Below the pieces are notes generated by a model that saw only the letters and a list, made by a program, of their open reading frames with translations, searched no databases and was not told the origin of the DNA. Shown here one piece after another: positions 38,918 through 49,169 of a stretch of DNA of 64,000 nt (position 1 is its first letter; every line of letters begins with the position of its first letter). The stretch lies in NCBI GenBank assembly GCA_016841745.1, contig JAENYO010000006.1, positions 53,008 through 117,007 on the forward strand, written 5' to 3'. This DNA comes from Acetomicrobium hydrogeniformans. GTDB lineage: Bacteria > Synergistota > Synergistia > Synergistales > JAFGMB01. The translations under genes were made by a program, and so were the position numbers.

Positions 38918-39601
38918 TCAGACAACTACTTCCTCCCCCGGTTTCAGTATCCGTATGTCAGAGAATTCTTCTGCAAGTTTTCTGAATTCTTCGGGATTGC
39001 ACTTTATTATATCGAATGTATTGTAGTGCATGGGTATTACCATGGCGGGTTTTATCATTTTCACAGATCTTATTGCATCAGCTATATCCATGGTAAAATT
39101 CCCTCCTATGGGAATAAGAGCGACATCGACTTTATCCTCTTCCAGAAGACACATATCATAAGTCAGCCCCGTGTCCCCTGCGTGATAGATCTTTTTGCCA
39201 TCCACTTCCAGAAGGAATCCGCCCGGATTACCACCAGGCATAAGCTTTCCTTCAACTTCCACATCTGAACCATGAATTGCCGGCGTCATTTTGACCCGGC
39301 CAAAGGGAAAAGAAAAGGTCCCACCCAAATGCATGGGGTGGCAAACAAGTTCGTCTTTCTGAAACAGATGACATAGCTCATAATTCGCAACAATGGTTGC
39401 TCCTGTCTTCTTTGCCAGATAAGGGGTATCTCCGATATGGTCTCCATGACCATGAGTTACAAAGATAAAATTTAGAACGTTAAAATCTTCAGTGCCACAA
39501 CATGCTGAAGGATTTCCAGTCAGAAAGGGATCTATAAGCGCTTTAATCCCTTTTCCCTCAATGTAAAAGGCCGAATGACCAAGGTACTTGATTCGTACCA
39601 T
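38918..39601 (-). CDS. UPF0173 metallo-beta-lactamase-fold hydrolase
   Basis: MVRIKYLGHSAFYIEGKGIKALIDPF...VTHGHGDHIGD. Confidence 0.85.
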   Translation of the reverse strand: MVRIKYLGHSAFYIEGKGIKALIDPFLTGNPSACCGTEDFNVLNFIFVTHGHGDHIGDTPYLAKKTGATIVANYELCHLFQKDELVCHPMHLGGTFSFPFGRVKMTPAIHGSDVEVEGKLMPGGNPGGFLLEVDGKKIYHAGDTGLTYDMCLLEEDKVDVALIPIGGNFTMDIADAIRSVKMIKPAMVIPMHYNTFDIIKCNPEEFRKLAEEFSDIRILKPGEEVVV

Positions 39602-39739
39602 AATTAAGCTCCCCTTTCTACTCTGTTAAATTGATATCTTTTATTTTATCCTATTATGTTTATCTGTTTCAAACAACAATGGGCGGCCTTCGGCCGCCCA
39701 TTAAATATATCCTGATATTTCTCTGAAAAGGGATATCTC

Positions 39740-41542
39740 TTAGTCCTTTTCTTTGACCTCTATATTAAGCTCTTCCAACTGGTTATCGCTTACGGCAGAA
39801 GGTGCTGATGACATAAGACACTGAGCCTTGGCCGTTTTGGGGAAAGCTATGACATCTCTTATAGATGTGGAACCACTCAATAGCATGGCGATTCGGTCCA
39901 CACCCAGAGCTATTCCACCATGAGGAGGAGTTCCAGAAGCCAATGCCTCAATAAGAAAACCAAAACGGTTCATCGCTTCCTCCCGGGAAAAGGCAAGACA
40001 TCTGAACACATTTTCCTGAACCTTGGGATCATGTATTCTGATAGAGCCTCCACCAATCTCATTACCATTGAGGACAAGGTCATATGCTCTTGAGCGGACT
40101 CTGCCAGGTGCAGTCTCTAAAAGGTCAAAATCCTCTGGAAGGGGGGATGTAAATGGATGATGTACTGATGTCCATCTACCATCCTCTTCATCCCATTCAA
40201 AGAGAGGAAATTCTACAACCCAGAGAAATTCCCAACTCTCTTTCTGAATCAAACCATGTTCTTTCGCAAGTTCAAGTCTCAACTGACCGAGAACATTACA
40301 AATCTTAGACCAGTCAGGGTCAGACATTACAAAAAGAGCATCACCATTATCCATGCCACATTTCTGGATAAGTGCTTCTTTTCGAGAATCATCGAGAAAT
40401 TTTACCAGAGGGCCTTTCAGTTCAAGATCCTTAAGTTGAAAGGCAGCCAATCCTCCTGCCCCAAGAGCTTTAGCCCTTTCCTCTATCAGGGAAAGCCCCT
40501 TTCTGGACAATGCAGATCCTCCCTTAAGTCGAATTCCCCTCACAAAACCACCCTTATCAAGATTTTCCCTGAATGGAGCGAATGTACATCCTGAGAAGAT
40601 ATCTTTCAGATCCACTATCTCAAAAGGTATCCTCAGGTCTGGTTTATCACTCCCATATCTATCCATGGCTTCTGTGAATGGGAGACGTTTGAACGGAACC
40701 GGTATATTAACACCAAGAACATCTTTGAAGAGACCCTGGATGTAATCCTCCAAGAGTTCAAAAATATCTTCCTCTGTAATGAAACTCATCTCCATATCGA
40801 TCTGGGTAAATTCCGGCTGTCTGTCAGCTCTCAGATCTTCATCCCTGAAACATTTAACGATTTGATAATACCGATCAAGACCGCTGATCATAAGTATCTG
40901 TTTAAATATTTGAGGAGACTGGGGAAGGGCATAAAATTTGCCCGGGTTCACCCTGCTGGGAACAAGATAATCCCTGGCTCCTTCAGGTGTTGATTTGGTA
41001 AGGAATGGAGTTTCTATATCAATAAAACCTTTGGAATCAAGGAAATTCCTTGTAAACATGTTAAGTTGATACCTTGTCCTCAGATTTTTCTGCATCTTTT
41101 CCCGTCTGAGATCCAGATACCTATACTTCAGCCGAAGGTTCTCATCTACCTTATCAGTAGATCCTGACAATTCAAAAGGAAGAGGAGACGCAGGAGACAG
41201 AAGAATAAGATCAGTGGCACAGACTTCCCATAGTCCTGTCTTCATTGATGGGTTATCTGTTCCATAAGGCCTTTTTCTTACAGTTCCCTTAACGGCAACA
41301 ACAAATTCGCTTCTGAGTTCTTTCGCGATTTCATGTACACGGGGTACATCTTCTGGATTTATTACTACCTGAACAATGGAAGTGTAATCCCAGAGTTCAA
41401 GGAAGATAATCCCTCCCAGATCCCTCCTTTTGCGGATCCACCCGTTGAGGACTACCTCTTTTCCTTCATGCTCTCCTGAAACCATTCCGCAATAAACACT
41501 TCTCTTCCAGGATTTATCAAAAACAGAACTTCTGAACTCCAT
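39740..41542 (-). CDS. aspS: Aspartate--tRNA ligase
   Basis: OB-fold N-terminus and class II motifs (FRDEDLRADRQPEFTQID, GGGSIRIH, GIALGVDR). The start is the ATG at 41542 (GGAGG RBS); the track's 41557 is a TTG. Confidence 0.95.
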   Translation of the reverse strand: MEFRSSVFDKSWKRSVYCGMVSGEHEGKEVVLNGWIRKRRDLGGIIFLELWDYTSIVQVVINPEDVPRVHEIAKELRSEFVVAVKGTVRKRPYGTDNPSMKTGLWEVCATDLILLSPASPLPFELSGSTDKVDENLRLKYRYLDLRREKMQKNLRTRYQLNMFTRNFLDSKGFIDIETPFLTKSTPEGARDYLVPSRVNPGKFYALPQSPQIFKQILMISGLDRYYQIVKCFRDEDLRADRQPEFTQIDMEMSFITEEDIFELLEDYIQGLFKDVLGVNIPVPFKRLPFTEAMDRYGSDKPDLRIPFEIVDLKDIFSGCTFAPFRENLDKGGFVRGIRLKGGSALSRKGLSLIEERAKALGAGGLAAFQLKDLELKGPLVKFLDDSRKEALIQKCGMDNGDALFVMSDPDWSKICNVLGQLRLELAKEHGLIQKESWEFLWVVEFPLFEWDEEDGRWTSVHHPFTSPLPEDFDLLETAPGRVRSRAYDLVLNGNEIGGGSIRIHDPKVQENVFRCLAFSREEAMNRFGFLIEALASGTPPHGGIALGVDRIAMLLSGSTSIRDVIAFPKTAKAQCLMSSAPSAVSDNQLEELNIEVKEKD

Positions 41543-41571
41543 ACAAATAACCTCCAAAACAGTAGCACAAA

Positions 41572-42834
41572 TTAAATATTTTGTTTTATAAAAGATACTA
41601 CTTCAGGTCTTGCAATTTCTGACTGTTCACTTCTGCCAAGATTCTTCACCGTGACCACACCTCGGGAAAGTTCATCTCCACCGACTATACAGACATGTGA
41701 AGCAGACTTGTTAAGGGCTGATTTGAACTGGGCTTTCATTCCCCTGCACATAAAGTCCATATCTGCTTTTATACCAGCTGTTCTCAAGTCTGAAACAAGA
41801 GACATAACTTCGACGTCCACATCTTTTTCTGCAGCAATAACATAGACATCAATATGTGGTTCTTCTCCAAGATTACAGTTCTGCTGCTCCATGATAAGAA
41901 CTATTCTTTCCAGGCCAGCCGCAAATCCAACACCAGGAAGATCTGGCCCGCCAATGGCTTCTGAGAGATTGTCATATCGCCCTCCGCCACAAACAGCATT
42001 CTGAGCTCCAAGTTCTCCGGAGAGGATTTCAAAGGCGGTTTTAGTATAATAATCAAGACCTCTGACAAGACGTTTATCCATCTGATAATGTATACCCAGA
42101 GAAGAAAGGCCTTTGAGAACCATATCAAAATGGTCCTTACATTCTCCACAAAGACTGGAATATATGTCTGGAGCTTCTTCTGTTATCTCTCTGCAGTTCT
42201 CGTTTTTGCAGTCAAGTATCCGTAATGGATTCCTATCAAGACGACTCTGACATGTATGGCACAGATCATTAAATCGGTTCTGAAAATAGTTCTTTAACTT
42301 TTCACGATACTGAGGTCTACAGGCTGGACACCCTACAGAGTTGATCACGACATCAAGATTAGACAACCCCAGGCTATTGAAAAGGTCAAGGGCTATACTG
42401 ATCACCTCCACATCCACCATAGGACTGGAAGTACCCAGAGCTTCAAAGTCTATTTGCCAGAACTGCCTGTATCGACCTTTCTGGGGTCTTTCATATCGGA
42501 ACATAGGCCCTGCACACCAGAGTTTAGCTGGCTGAATACCATTTTGCATTTTATTCTGAAGGTAAGCTCTCACCATCGATGCAGTAGCTTCGGGCCGCAG
42601 GGTAAGGCTCCTTCCGCCTCTATCCGTAAACGTATACATCTCTTTTTCCACTACATCTGTCGTTTCACCTATCCCTCTGGAGAACAACTCTGTATGTTCA
42701 AAAACCGGCAAATGTATTTCGCTATATCCGTAATTACCTGCAATTTCCATGGTTGTATTAAGAACAAAAGCCCACTTCCATGACTCATCCGGGAGTATAT
42801 CCCTTACTCCTCTGGGAGCTTTAATCGCTGACAT
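41572..42834 (-). CDS. hisS: Histidine--tRNA ligase
   Basis: MSAIKAPRGVRDILPDES..., LRPEATAS and FRYERPQKGRYRQFWQ. The true start is at 42834 (AGGAGGG RBS), and the track ORF's N-terminal extension is spurious. Confidence 0.95.
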   Translation of the reverse strand: MSAIKAPRGVRDILPDESWKWAFVLNTTMEIAGNYGYSEIHLPVFEHTELFSRGIGETTDVVEKEMYTFTDRGGRSLTLRPEATASMVRAYLQNKMQNGIQPAKLWCAGPMFRYERPQKGRYRQFWQIDFEALGTSSPMVDVEVISIALDLFNSLGLSNLDVVINSVGCPACRPQYREKLKNYFQNRFNDLCHTCQSRLDRNPLRILDCKNENCREITEEAPDIYSSLCGECKDHFDMVLKGLSSLGIHYQMDKRLVRGLDYYTKTAFEILSGELGAQNAVCGGGRYDNLSEAIGGPDLPGVGFAAGLERIVLIMEQQNCNLGEEPHIDVYVIAAEKDVDVEVMSLVSDLRTAGIKADMDFMCRGMKAQFKSALNKSASHVCIVGGDELSRGVVTVKNLGRSEQSEIARPEVVSFIKQNI

Positions 42835-42974
42835 AACAAACCCTCCTGTTTTGTAACTGTAAGGATAGATCTTCTGAATAAAATATTTTATATTAAGAAT
42901 GCAATTATACTCTACCATAATTACTATATCCATATAGATTTTCTTATCATACAAACCAAGAGAAATCAGAAATG

Positions 42975-43014
42975 AAAAAGAAAGGAGCGTGACCCTGGTT
43001 CAGGTCACGCTCCT
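42975..43014 (-). terminator. Rho-independent terminator after spoVS copy 1
   Basis: The minus strand reads AGGAGCGTGACC-tgaaccag-GGTCACGCTCCT followed by TTCTTTTT. Confidence 0.78.
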
Positions 43015-43036
43015 TCAATCAACAGAATTACAGATA

Positions 43037-43297
43037 TTATCTTGATTCAAGCTGAAACTTGATAGCTGTCCTTTCCTCTCCATCGATCTCGATCTTCTCA
43101 AAGGATGGAATGCAAACAAGCTCTATTCCATTGGGCGCAACATAGCCGCTTGCGACCGCGATAGATTTGACTGTCTGATTAACTGCTCCTGCTCCTACGG
43201 CCTGAACTTCAACTGCGCCTTTTTCCCTGAGAACGGCAGCTATAGCCCCTGCAACAGATTTGGGTTGAGATTTTGCAGAAACCTTGAGAACTTCCAT
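43037..43297 (-). CDS. spoVS: SpoVS-family protein (copy 1)
   Basis: 86 aa, MEVLKVSAKSQPKSVAGAIAAVLREKGAVEVQAVGAGAVNQTVKSIAVASGY. Canonical SpoVS. Confidence 0.92.
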   Translation of the reverse strand: MEVLKVSAKSQPKSVAGAIAAVLREKGAVEVQAVGAGAVNQTVKSIAVASGYVAPNGIELVCIPSFEKIEIDGEERTAIKFQLESR

Positions 43298-43520
43298 GGA
43301 ATACGGCCCCCTTAGAATAATGTAGATTCAACTGTCCCAGCTTATTCTCGTATCAAAGTACGAGCCCCCCGCCTTTATTCTATTAGTATATCTCTACAAT
43401 TAAGTTTTGTGCAAGTATTCACCATTTCAGCATCTAAACGTCAAAAGAAATCCAGATAGATCTCTCTAATAATGGATATGCCATGTTATTGAATTTGTTC
43501 TGAAGAGTCACTTCAACACA

Positions 43521-43557
43521 ATAAAGAGGGCATTTACCTTAAAGATAGATGCCCTCT
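43521..43557 (-). terminator. Hairpin terminator after spoVS copy 2
   Basis: The minus strand reads AGAGGGCAT-ctatctttaaggtaa-ATGCCCTCT followed by TTATT, a weak U-tract. Confidence 0.55.
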
Positions 43558-43571
43558 AATTCATATTTGGA

Positions 43572-43832
43572 TCACCTTGGTTGAAGGAGAAATCTTATTG
43601 CGGTTCTTTCTTCGCCATCGATATCGATCTTTGCAAAAGCCGGAATGCAAATAAGATCTATTCCATTTGGTGCAACATACCCCCGGGCAACAGCTATAGC
43701 TTTTACTGTCTGGTTAACTGCTCCCGCGCCTACGGCTTGCACTTCAACTGCTCCATCTTCTCGTAATACTGCCGCCATTGCTCCTGCAACAGACTTTGGC
43801 TGAGAATTAGCAGAAACCTTAAGAACTTCCAT
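43572..43832 (-). CDS. spoVS: SpoVS-family protein (copy 2)
   Basis: MEVLKVSANSQPKSVAGAMAAVLREDGAVEVQAVGAGAVNQTVKAIAVARGY. The start is the ATG at 43832 (GGGGAGG RBS). Confidence 0.9.
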   Translation of the reverse strand: MEVLKVSANSQPKSVAGAMAAVLREDGAVEVQAVGAGAVNQTVKAIAVARGYVAPNGIDLICIPAFAKIDIDGEERTAIRFLLQPR

Positions 43833-44202
43833 TAGGACAACCTCCCCTATCTTATTACCCACTTTGATTTACGAGGTATATCATGACAAGAGTTATTGAA
43901 TTATTTTAAAGTTTACATCTTTAATTGATTATTTGCAACACATTTATTAGATAGCGTTTCTACGCTGCACCTCAGTGAATTGGGATTGCAAATGCAACTC
44001 GTTTCATCCTTCATCCGTGCAATCCTATGATACCTATTCCTACAATTGGAATCTTTTACCTGTCAAAGTATTATGAAAAATGATCGGGTTAGCGTTTTTG
44101 AGAATTGGATGCCAATATAGTGTAGAATTAATGACACTTCAACAGGAAAGTCTTTTGAGCAGCACTTGGAAAGTGTTTTTTGAAATAAGCAGGAGGTCTA
44201 TA

Positions 44203-46359
44203 ATGAACTCAAAATATGCTCCAGTGATAGCAAAGGTTTTAGGCATAAAAACTGATCAGGTTATCCAGACTACCAACCTTCTCTCTGAAGGATGTACAGT
44301 TCCTTTTATTGCACGTTACAGAAAAGAGGCTACAGGAACTCTTGATGAAGTTGCTATTGCTGAAATAAGGAACCTACTCAATCAAATGACTGAACTGGAT
44401 AAAAGACGTAATGCTATTCTCAGTTCACTTACAGAGCGAGAACTACTGACGCCTGAATTGGAAGGAATTCTTAACTCAGCCATGACCATGTCACAATTGG
44501 AGGATATTTACCTTCCCTATAGACCCAAAAAGAGGACCCGGGCTTCTATCGCAAGAGAAAAAGGACTTTCTCCTCTTGCAGAAAAGATCTTTCTTCAAAA
44601 AGGAAGTGACCCCGAGGAAGAAGCAAAGGCTTATCTCGAGCCTGACAAGGGAATAATGACCGTTGCTGAAGCTCTTTCTGGAGCCTCGGATATTATTGCA
44701 GAACAGATCAGCGAAACCAGAGAGGCCAGATCTAAAATGCGATTGCTTTTCGCAACAAGAGGTCAAGTTTCGTCAAAGTCGGTTAAAGGAAAAGAAGAAG
44801 ACGGGGCTAAGTACCGTGATTATTTTGATTATTCCGAACCAGCACGAAATTGCCCTTCCCACAGGATACTGGCAATGCTACGAGGTGAAAAGGAGGGTTA
44901 TCTTAATCTTTCATTCCTACCACGTGAAGAGGAAGCAATTCCAAGGCTAGAGTACCTGTTTATCCATGGAACCGGAAGAGACTCCGCATTCGTCCTTAAT
45001 GCATTAAAGGATAGCTATAAGAGGCTGTTGGCTCCATCTATGGGAAATGAATTGAAAAGTGCACTGAAACACCTGGCAGATAAAAAAGCTATTGAGGTAT
45101 TCGCAAATAACGTTCGGGAAATCCTTATGGCACCAGCTCTAGGTAAAAAAAGAATTCTTGCTTTAGATCCAGGTTTCAGGACGGGCTGTAAGGTAGTATG
45201 TCTGGGAACCGAGGGTCAACTCTTGCATAATGACACGATTTATCCCCATCCACCACAGTTCCAGACAGAGAAAGCAGCACAGATCCTCAGGAATCTTCTC
45301 AAAGATTTTCAGATCGAAGCAATAGCCATAGGAAATGGAACAGCAGGAAGAGAAACCAGATCATTCATTGATTCTCTTGAATTACCTGAAGGGATAATCA
45401 TTGCTATGGTGAATGAAAGCGGAGCCTCCGTTTATTCTGCTTCAAAGGTAGCCAGAGAAGAATTTCCTGATGAAGATGTGACAGTAAGAGGTTCAGTATC
45501 AATAGGGCGACGACTGGTTGACCCTCTTGCTGAACTTGTAAAGGTGGATCCTAAAGCAATAGGTGTAGGTCAATACCAGCATGATGTAGATCAGAAACTT
45601 CTGAAACAGAGTCTGGGCGATGTTGTAGTGGAATGTGTTAATAGAGTAGGGGTTGACATTAACACCGCAAGTAAAGAGCTGTTGTCATACATTTCAGGCC
45701 TCGGCCCTCAACTTGCCCAAAACATAATAAACTTCAGGGAAACTAATGGAACCTTCAAATCAAGAATGGCTCTGAAAACAGTTCCAAGACTTGGACCCAA
45801 GGCTTTTCAACAAGCTGCAGGATTTCTCAGGATCAGGGGAGGAGAAAACCCACTTGATGCAAGTTCTGTTCATCCTGAAAACTATAGTATTGTAAAAAGG
45901 ATCGCAGATGATACCGGCTATTCAGTGATCGAACTTGCAGGAAAGCAGGATTTGAAAGAATCTCTTGATCTTGAAAAATACATGACACCTGAAGTGGGAT
46001 TACCCACACTGAATGACATACTGGAAGAACTGGCCAAACCAGGAAGAGATCCCAGAAAGGATTTCGATCTTTTTACCTATTCTGAAGAAGTCAGAAAAAT
46101 AGAAGACCTTAAAGCAGGAATGGTCCTTCCGGGCGTTGTTTCGAATGTCACTGCTTTCGGAGCTTTTATTGATATTGGTGTACATCAGGATGGCCTGGTC
46201 CATATAAGTGAACTTAGTAGTTCCTTTGTCAAAGATCCACACCTTATAGTAAAGCCTTCCCAGAAAGTAACTGTAAGAGTACTGGATGTAGACATAGAGC
46301 GTAAAAGGATCTCTCTGTCAATGAAAGACATAAAACAAGGTAAGAAGGACCTGCTATGA
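44203..46359 (+). CDS. tex: Transcription accessory protein Tex (YqgF/HHH/S1 domains)
   Basis: TVPFIARYRKEATG near the N-terminus, a YqgF-like centre, and a C-terminal S1 domain (GVVSNVTAFGAFIDIGVHQDGLVHISEL). The true start is MNSKYAP (44203), with an AGGAGG RBS. Confidence 0.93.
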   Translation: MNSKYAPVIAKVLGIKTDQVIQTTNLLSEGCTVPFIARYRKEATGTLDEVAIAEIRNLLNQMTELDKRRNAILSSLTERELLTPELEGILNSAMTMSQLEDIYLPYRPKKRTRASIAREKGLSPLAEKIFLQKGSDPEEEAKAYLEPDKGIMTVAEALSGASDIIAEQISETREARSKMRLLFATRGQVSSKSVKGKEEDGAKYRDYFDYSEPARNCPSHRILAMLRGEKEGYLNLSFLPREEEAIPRLEYLFIHGTGRDSAFVLNALKDSYKRLLAPSMGNELKSALKHLADKKAIEVFANNVREILMAPALGKKRILALDPGFRTGCKVVCLGTEGQLLHNDTIYPHPPQFQTEKAAQILRNLLKDFQIEAIAIGNGTAGRETRSFIDSLELPEGIIIAMVNESGASVYSASKVAREEFPDEDVTVRGSVSIGRRLVDPLAELVKVDPKAIGVGQYQHDVDQKLLKQSLGDVVVECVNRVGVDINTASKELLSYISGLGPQLAQNIINFRETNGTFKSRMALKTVPRLGPKAFQQAAGFLRIRGGENPLDASSVHPENYSIVKRIADDTGYSVIELAGKQDLKESLDLEKYMTPEVGLPTLNDILEELAKPGRDPRKDFDLFTYSEEVRKIEDLKAGMVLPGVVSNVTAFGAFIDIGVHQDGLVHISELSSSFVKDPHLIVKPSQKVTVRVLDVDIERKRISLSMKDIKQGKKDLL

Positions 46360-47609
46360 CAACCTTTGACTTCGACATAGCCATTATCGGAGGAGGGCCT
46401 GCTGGTCTTATCGCAGCCGGGCAAGCCGCAGAAAAGGGAGCAAAGGTAGTATTAATTGAAAAGAATGCTGAACTGGGAAAGAAACTTCTTCTCACAGGAA
46501 ATGGCAGGTGCAATGTTACTAACGCTCTTTTTAAAACCAGCGAACTGGTTAGAGAATTTGGAAAAGGTGGATCTTTTCTGTATTCCTCTCTTAGTAGATT
46601 TGGACCTCAGGATATTATGAATTTTTTTGAGGAAAGAGGTGTGAAGCTCAAAGTTGAGAGGGGCAACAGGGTATTTCCCGTTTCTGACCGATCTACTGAT
46701 ATTCTTTCATGCCTTTACGGATATTTGAAGGAGAAAAAAGTAAATATCTACAGGGATGCTCAAGTCATAAATATGATCGTTAGACAAAACCATATCGAAA
46801 GATTGATTTTACGAAATAAAGAGTTAACTGCTCGAAGATACATACTCTGTACTGGGGGGAAATCTTATCCTCAGACCGGGTCCACTGGCGATGGCTATCG
46901 CTGGGCTACCATGATGGGACACTCCGTAACCCCGCTCCTTCCATCGCTAGTACCCATCAAGGTTAACAATGATTGGGTCAAGTCGGTGATGGGTCTTTCT
47001 CTGAAAAACGTATCCATCTCTTCTTTTCTGGAAGGTCAGAAAAAAGAATCCCGTTTTGGAGAAATGCTCTTTACTCACTTCGGCATTAGTGGACCCATCG
47101 TAATGGATATGAGTCAACACCTTCTTGAGCTTCAAAAGAGCGGAAAAGTACACGTATTGATTGACCTGAAACCTGCACTCGACGAGAATAAACTTGATGC
47201 CAGACTTCGTCGGGATTTCAGAAAGTTCAGTGGAAGAAAACTGAAAAATGCTCTCAATGAACTTCTTCCTCAGAAACTCATACCTCCAATAATCGACTTG
47301 TCCAGTTTAGATCCGGATAAACAGGTAGACCACATAGATCATGGCGAAAGACTTCGACTTGTTTCAAAGTTGAAGGGACTTCCTCTGGATATAAGTGGAT
47401 CCCTTGGTTTTAAATGGTCCATAGTGACCAGCGGAGGTATAGAACTCAAGGAAATAGAACCAGGCACGCTCAAGTCGAAGATAATAGACAATCTGTATTT
47501 AGCTGGTGAAATCCTGGATATTAATGGCCCCACAGGAGGATTTAATCTCCAGGTATGCTGGACAACAGGTTACATTGCAGGCATATCAGCAGCACTGTCT
47601 CTTTATTAG
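46356..47609 (+). CDS. NAD(P)/FAD-dependent oxidoreductase (HI0933/YhiN/BaiN family)
   Basis: DIAIIGGGPAGLIAA...LLLTGNGRCNVTN. Forms an ATGA overlap with the tex stop. Confidence 0.85.
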   Translation: MTTFDFDIAIIGGGPAGLIAAGQAAEKGAKVVLIEKNAELGKKLLLTGNGRCNVTNALFKTSELVREFGKGGSFLYSSLSRFGPQDIMNFFEERGVKLKVERGNRVFPVSDRSTDILSCLYGYLKEKKVNIYRDAQVINMIVRQNHIERLILRNKELTARRYILCTGGKSYPQTGSTGDGYRWATMMGHSVTPLLPSLVPIKVNNDWVKSVMGLSLKNVSISSFLEGQKKESRFGEMLFTHFGISGPIVMDMSQHLLELQKSGKVHVLIDLKPALDENKLDARLRRDFRKFSGRKLKNALNELLPQKLIPPIIDLSSLDPDKQVDHIDHGERLRLVSKLKGLPLDISGSLGFKWSIVTSGGIELKEIEPGTLKSKIIDNLYLAGEILDINGPTGGFNLQVCWTTGYIAGISAALSLY

Positions 47610-47641
47610 GAAGATAGGGATAAACCCTCGGCATTCCCTGT

Positions 47642-47670
47642 TTGACAGCTACCTTGGCTGATGCTATGCT
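47642..47670 (+). promoter_or_regulatory. Candidate sigma-A promoter upstream of the dodecin gene
   Basis: TTGACA, a 17-nt spacer, then TATGCT. This implies a ~135-nt leader before the ATG at 47814. Confidence 0.45.
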
Positions 47671-47813
47671 TCACTTGGATGGTCTTGTGACGCGCGACCG
47701 CTCTACTGGCTTTTTCGGAGATTTCCCAAAACTCTTCAATTCGTGCTTTTCATAACATTGTTGAACCTTCTAAAAGATAACTGAAGCAGTTTTTTGTTTT
47801 AATAAGGAGACAT

Positions 47814-48041
47814 ATGAAGGAGGTAGATACTGTGAGTGTCTATAAGGTTATAGAATTGGTTGGAAGCAGTGAGAAATCCTGGGAAGATGCTGCATCTACT
47901 GCAGTGAGTACTGCTTCAAAACATCTCAGGGATCTTAGAATTGCAGAAGTCGAGAAGATGGATATGCACATTGGTGATGACGGGAAATGTAATTTCAGGA
48001 TAAGGCTCAAAGTTTCTTTTAAATATCACACAGAAGAGTAG
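47814..48041 (+). CDS. Dodecin-family flavin-binding protein
   Basis: 75 aa. VYKVIELVGSSEKSWEDAASTAVSTASKHLRDLRIAEV is the dodecin signature region. Confidence 0.8.
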   Translation: MKEVDTVSVYKVIELVGSSEKSWEDAASTAVSTASKHLRDLRIAEVEKMDMHIGDDGKCNFRIRLKVSFKYHTEE

Positions 48042-48120
48042 AAAGATTTTTTATATTACAGAACCTAAGCATGGAATTTTATCTAAGTAGCAATATCTGA
48101 AAAATAATATCTTTTCTATT

Positions 48121-48160
48121 AAGGTATCCATGGAGGCTTTTCCCTTCCGGATACCTTTTT
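48121..48160 (+). terminator. Rho-independent terminator after the dodecin gene
   Basis: AAGGTATCC...GGATACCTT followed by TTTT. Confidence 0.65.
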
Positions 48161-48293
48161 AACGTCCGTTTCTATCTACTAAAGTTAATGGCGCTCGTTC
48201 ACTTTTCAAGAGATCGGGATATTTGATAGATGTTTTCTCTTCTGCAACTCTTGAAGAATGAACCGGATATATTCATCATTATCCATGAGTAAC

Positions 48294-48320
48294 AAAAAAG
48301 GCCCCAAAAGATAAGGGCCT
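48294..48320 (-). terminator. Rho-independent terminator after yerC-like gene
   Basis: The minus strand reads AGGCCC-ttatcttttg-GGGCCT followed by TTTTTT. Confidence 0.7.
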
Positions 48321-48351
48321 GAAACTCAAGTCATGAAACTTACATGAATGA

Positions 48352-48639
48352 TCAGTCCTTGATCCTTTCAAGAACAAGTTTATAACCATCAGCACCATAG
48401 TCGAGGCACTTTTTAACCCTGCTTATGGTTGCAGTACTTGCACCAGTTTCCTGTGCTATTTTTGGATAAGTCTCACCAAGATCCAGTTTTCTGGCAACCT
48501 CAAGCCTCTGGGCAAGAGCACGGATCTCACCTATTGTTGCTACATCTTCAAGAAAAGAATAAACCTCTTCGACTGTTTCAAGACTCAAAAATCCTTCTGC
48601 AAGTTGTTTGGTCAGTTCATCCTGCCACTTCTGGGCCAT
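48352..48639 (-). CDS. YerC/YecD (TrpR-like) DNA-binding protein
   Basis: MAQKWQDELTKQLAEGFLSLETVEEVYSFLEDVATIGEIRALAQRLEVARKL...GASTATISRVKKCL. The start is the ATG at 48639 (AAGGAGGAG RBS). Confidence 0.8.
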   Translation of the reverse strand: MAQKWQDELTKQLAEGFLSLETVEEVYSFLEDVATIGEIRALAQRLEVARKLDLGETYPKIAQETGASTATISRVKKCLDYGADGYKLVLERIKD

Positions 48640-48704
48640 TAAACTCTCCTCCTTAAATATTAAGTGGACACACTGATGAATGATAGCACTGTAAAGTATG
48701 ACAT

Positions 48705-49169
48705 TCAAGAGCAAAAGTTGCTTTCTTTCACGTCCCACAAAAAAAGGTCCAGGGCATAAAGCCCCTTCTTGCCTCTTGCGACCATGGAAGCTCTGCAGGC
48801 AACACAGTAAGTGACTATGGATTCCGAATCAGCATCCTGTGCCCGGTGATTCATGATCTTTTTAGCCAGTTCCGGGTTAGCTGGAACGATCATTCCTCCA
48901 GAACCGCAGCATCTGGTATTTTTTCTTGAATGAGAAAGTTCCTCTATCCCGTAACCAAGCTCTTCAATAACTTAGCTGATCCCGTTGTGAAATACAGGAA
49001 CATCCTTTGTAACAAATGAATCATGAATAGCAGAGGTACATTCTGAATCATTGCCTATTCCCCTGGATTTCTCAGGTATCCTCATTTCATGAAATATTTT
49101 CCACAAAGATATGACTTTCATATCAGGATAATACTGCTTAAAAGTGGAATAACAGCACTGACAGGCCAA
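48705..49169 (-). pseudogene. Cysteine-rich (CCG) domain Fe-S protein remnant with an in-frame TAA and no proper start
   Basis: The two track ORFs (48972..49169 and 48705..48893) share one frame, interrupted by a TAA at 48969..48971: ...VFHNGIS*VIEELGYGIEELSHSRKNTRCCGSGGMIVPANPELAKKI...VTYCVACRAS. CCG-type motifs are present (CQCC and CCGSGG). There is no RBS or ATG at the 5' end. Confidence 0.55.

Noticed and set aside
42835-42975. An expected T-box leader upstream of hisS-aspS, as in Bacillus.
   Set aside because: The leader is only ~130 nt, has no T-box sequence or terminator/antiterminator pair, and shows just a TATAAT-type promoter (42904..42909, minus strand).
47610-47813. Possible FMN or other riboswitch in the ~200-bp region upstream of the flavin-binding dodecin gene.
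   Set aside because: I could not find the conserved FMN-element blocks or any convincing multi-stem structure. There is only a plausible promoter and a small GC-rich patch (GACGCGCGACCGC). It would need cmscan to revisit.
48969-48971. Whether the in-frame stop in the CCG-domain gene is a recoding event (selenocysteine or pyrrolysine).
   Set aside because: The codon is TAA, not TGA or TAG. There is no SECIS-like hairpin directly downstream, and the gene also lacks a start, so a pseudogene is the simpler reading.
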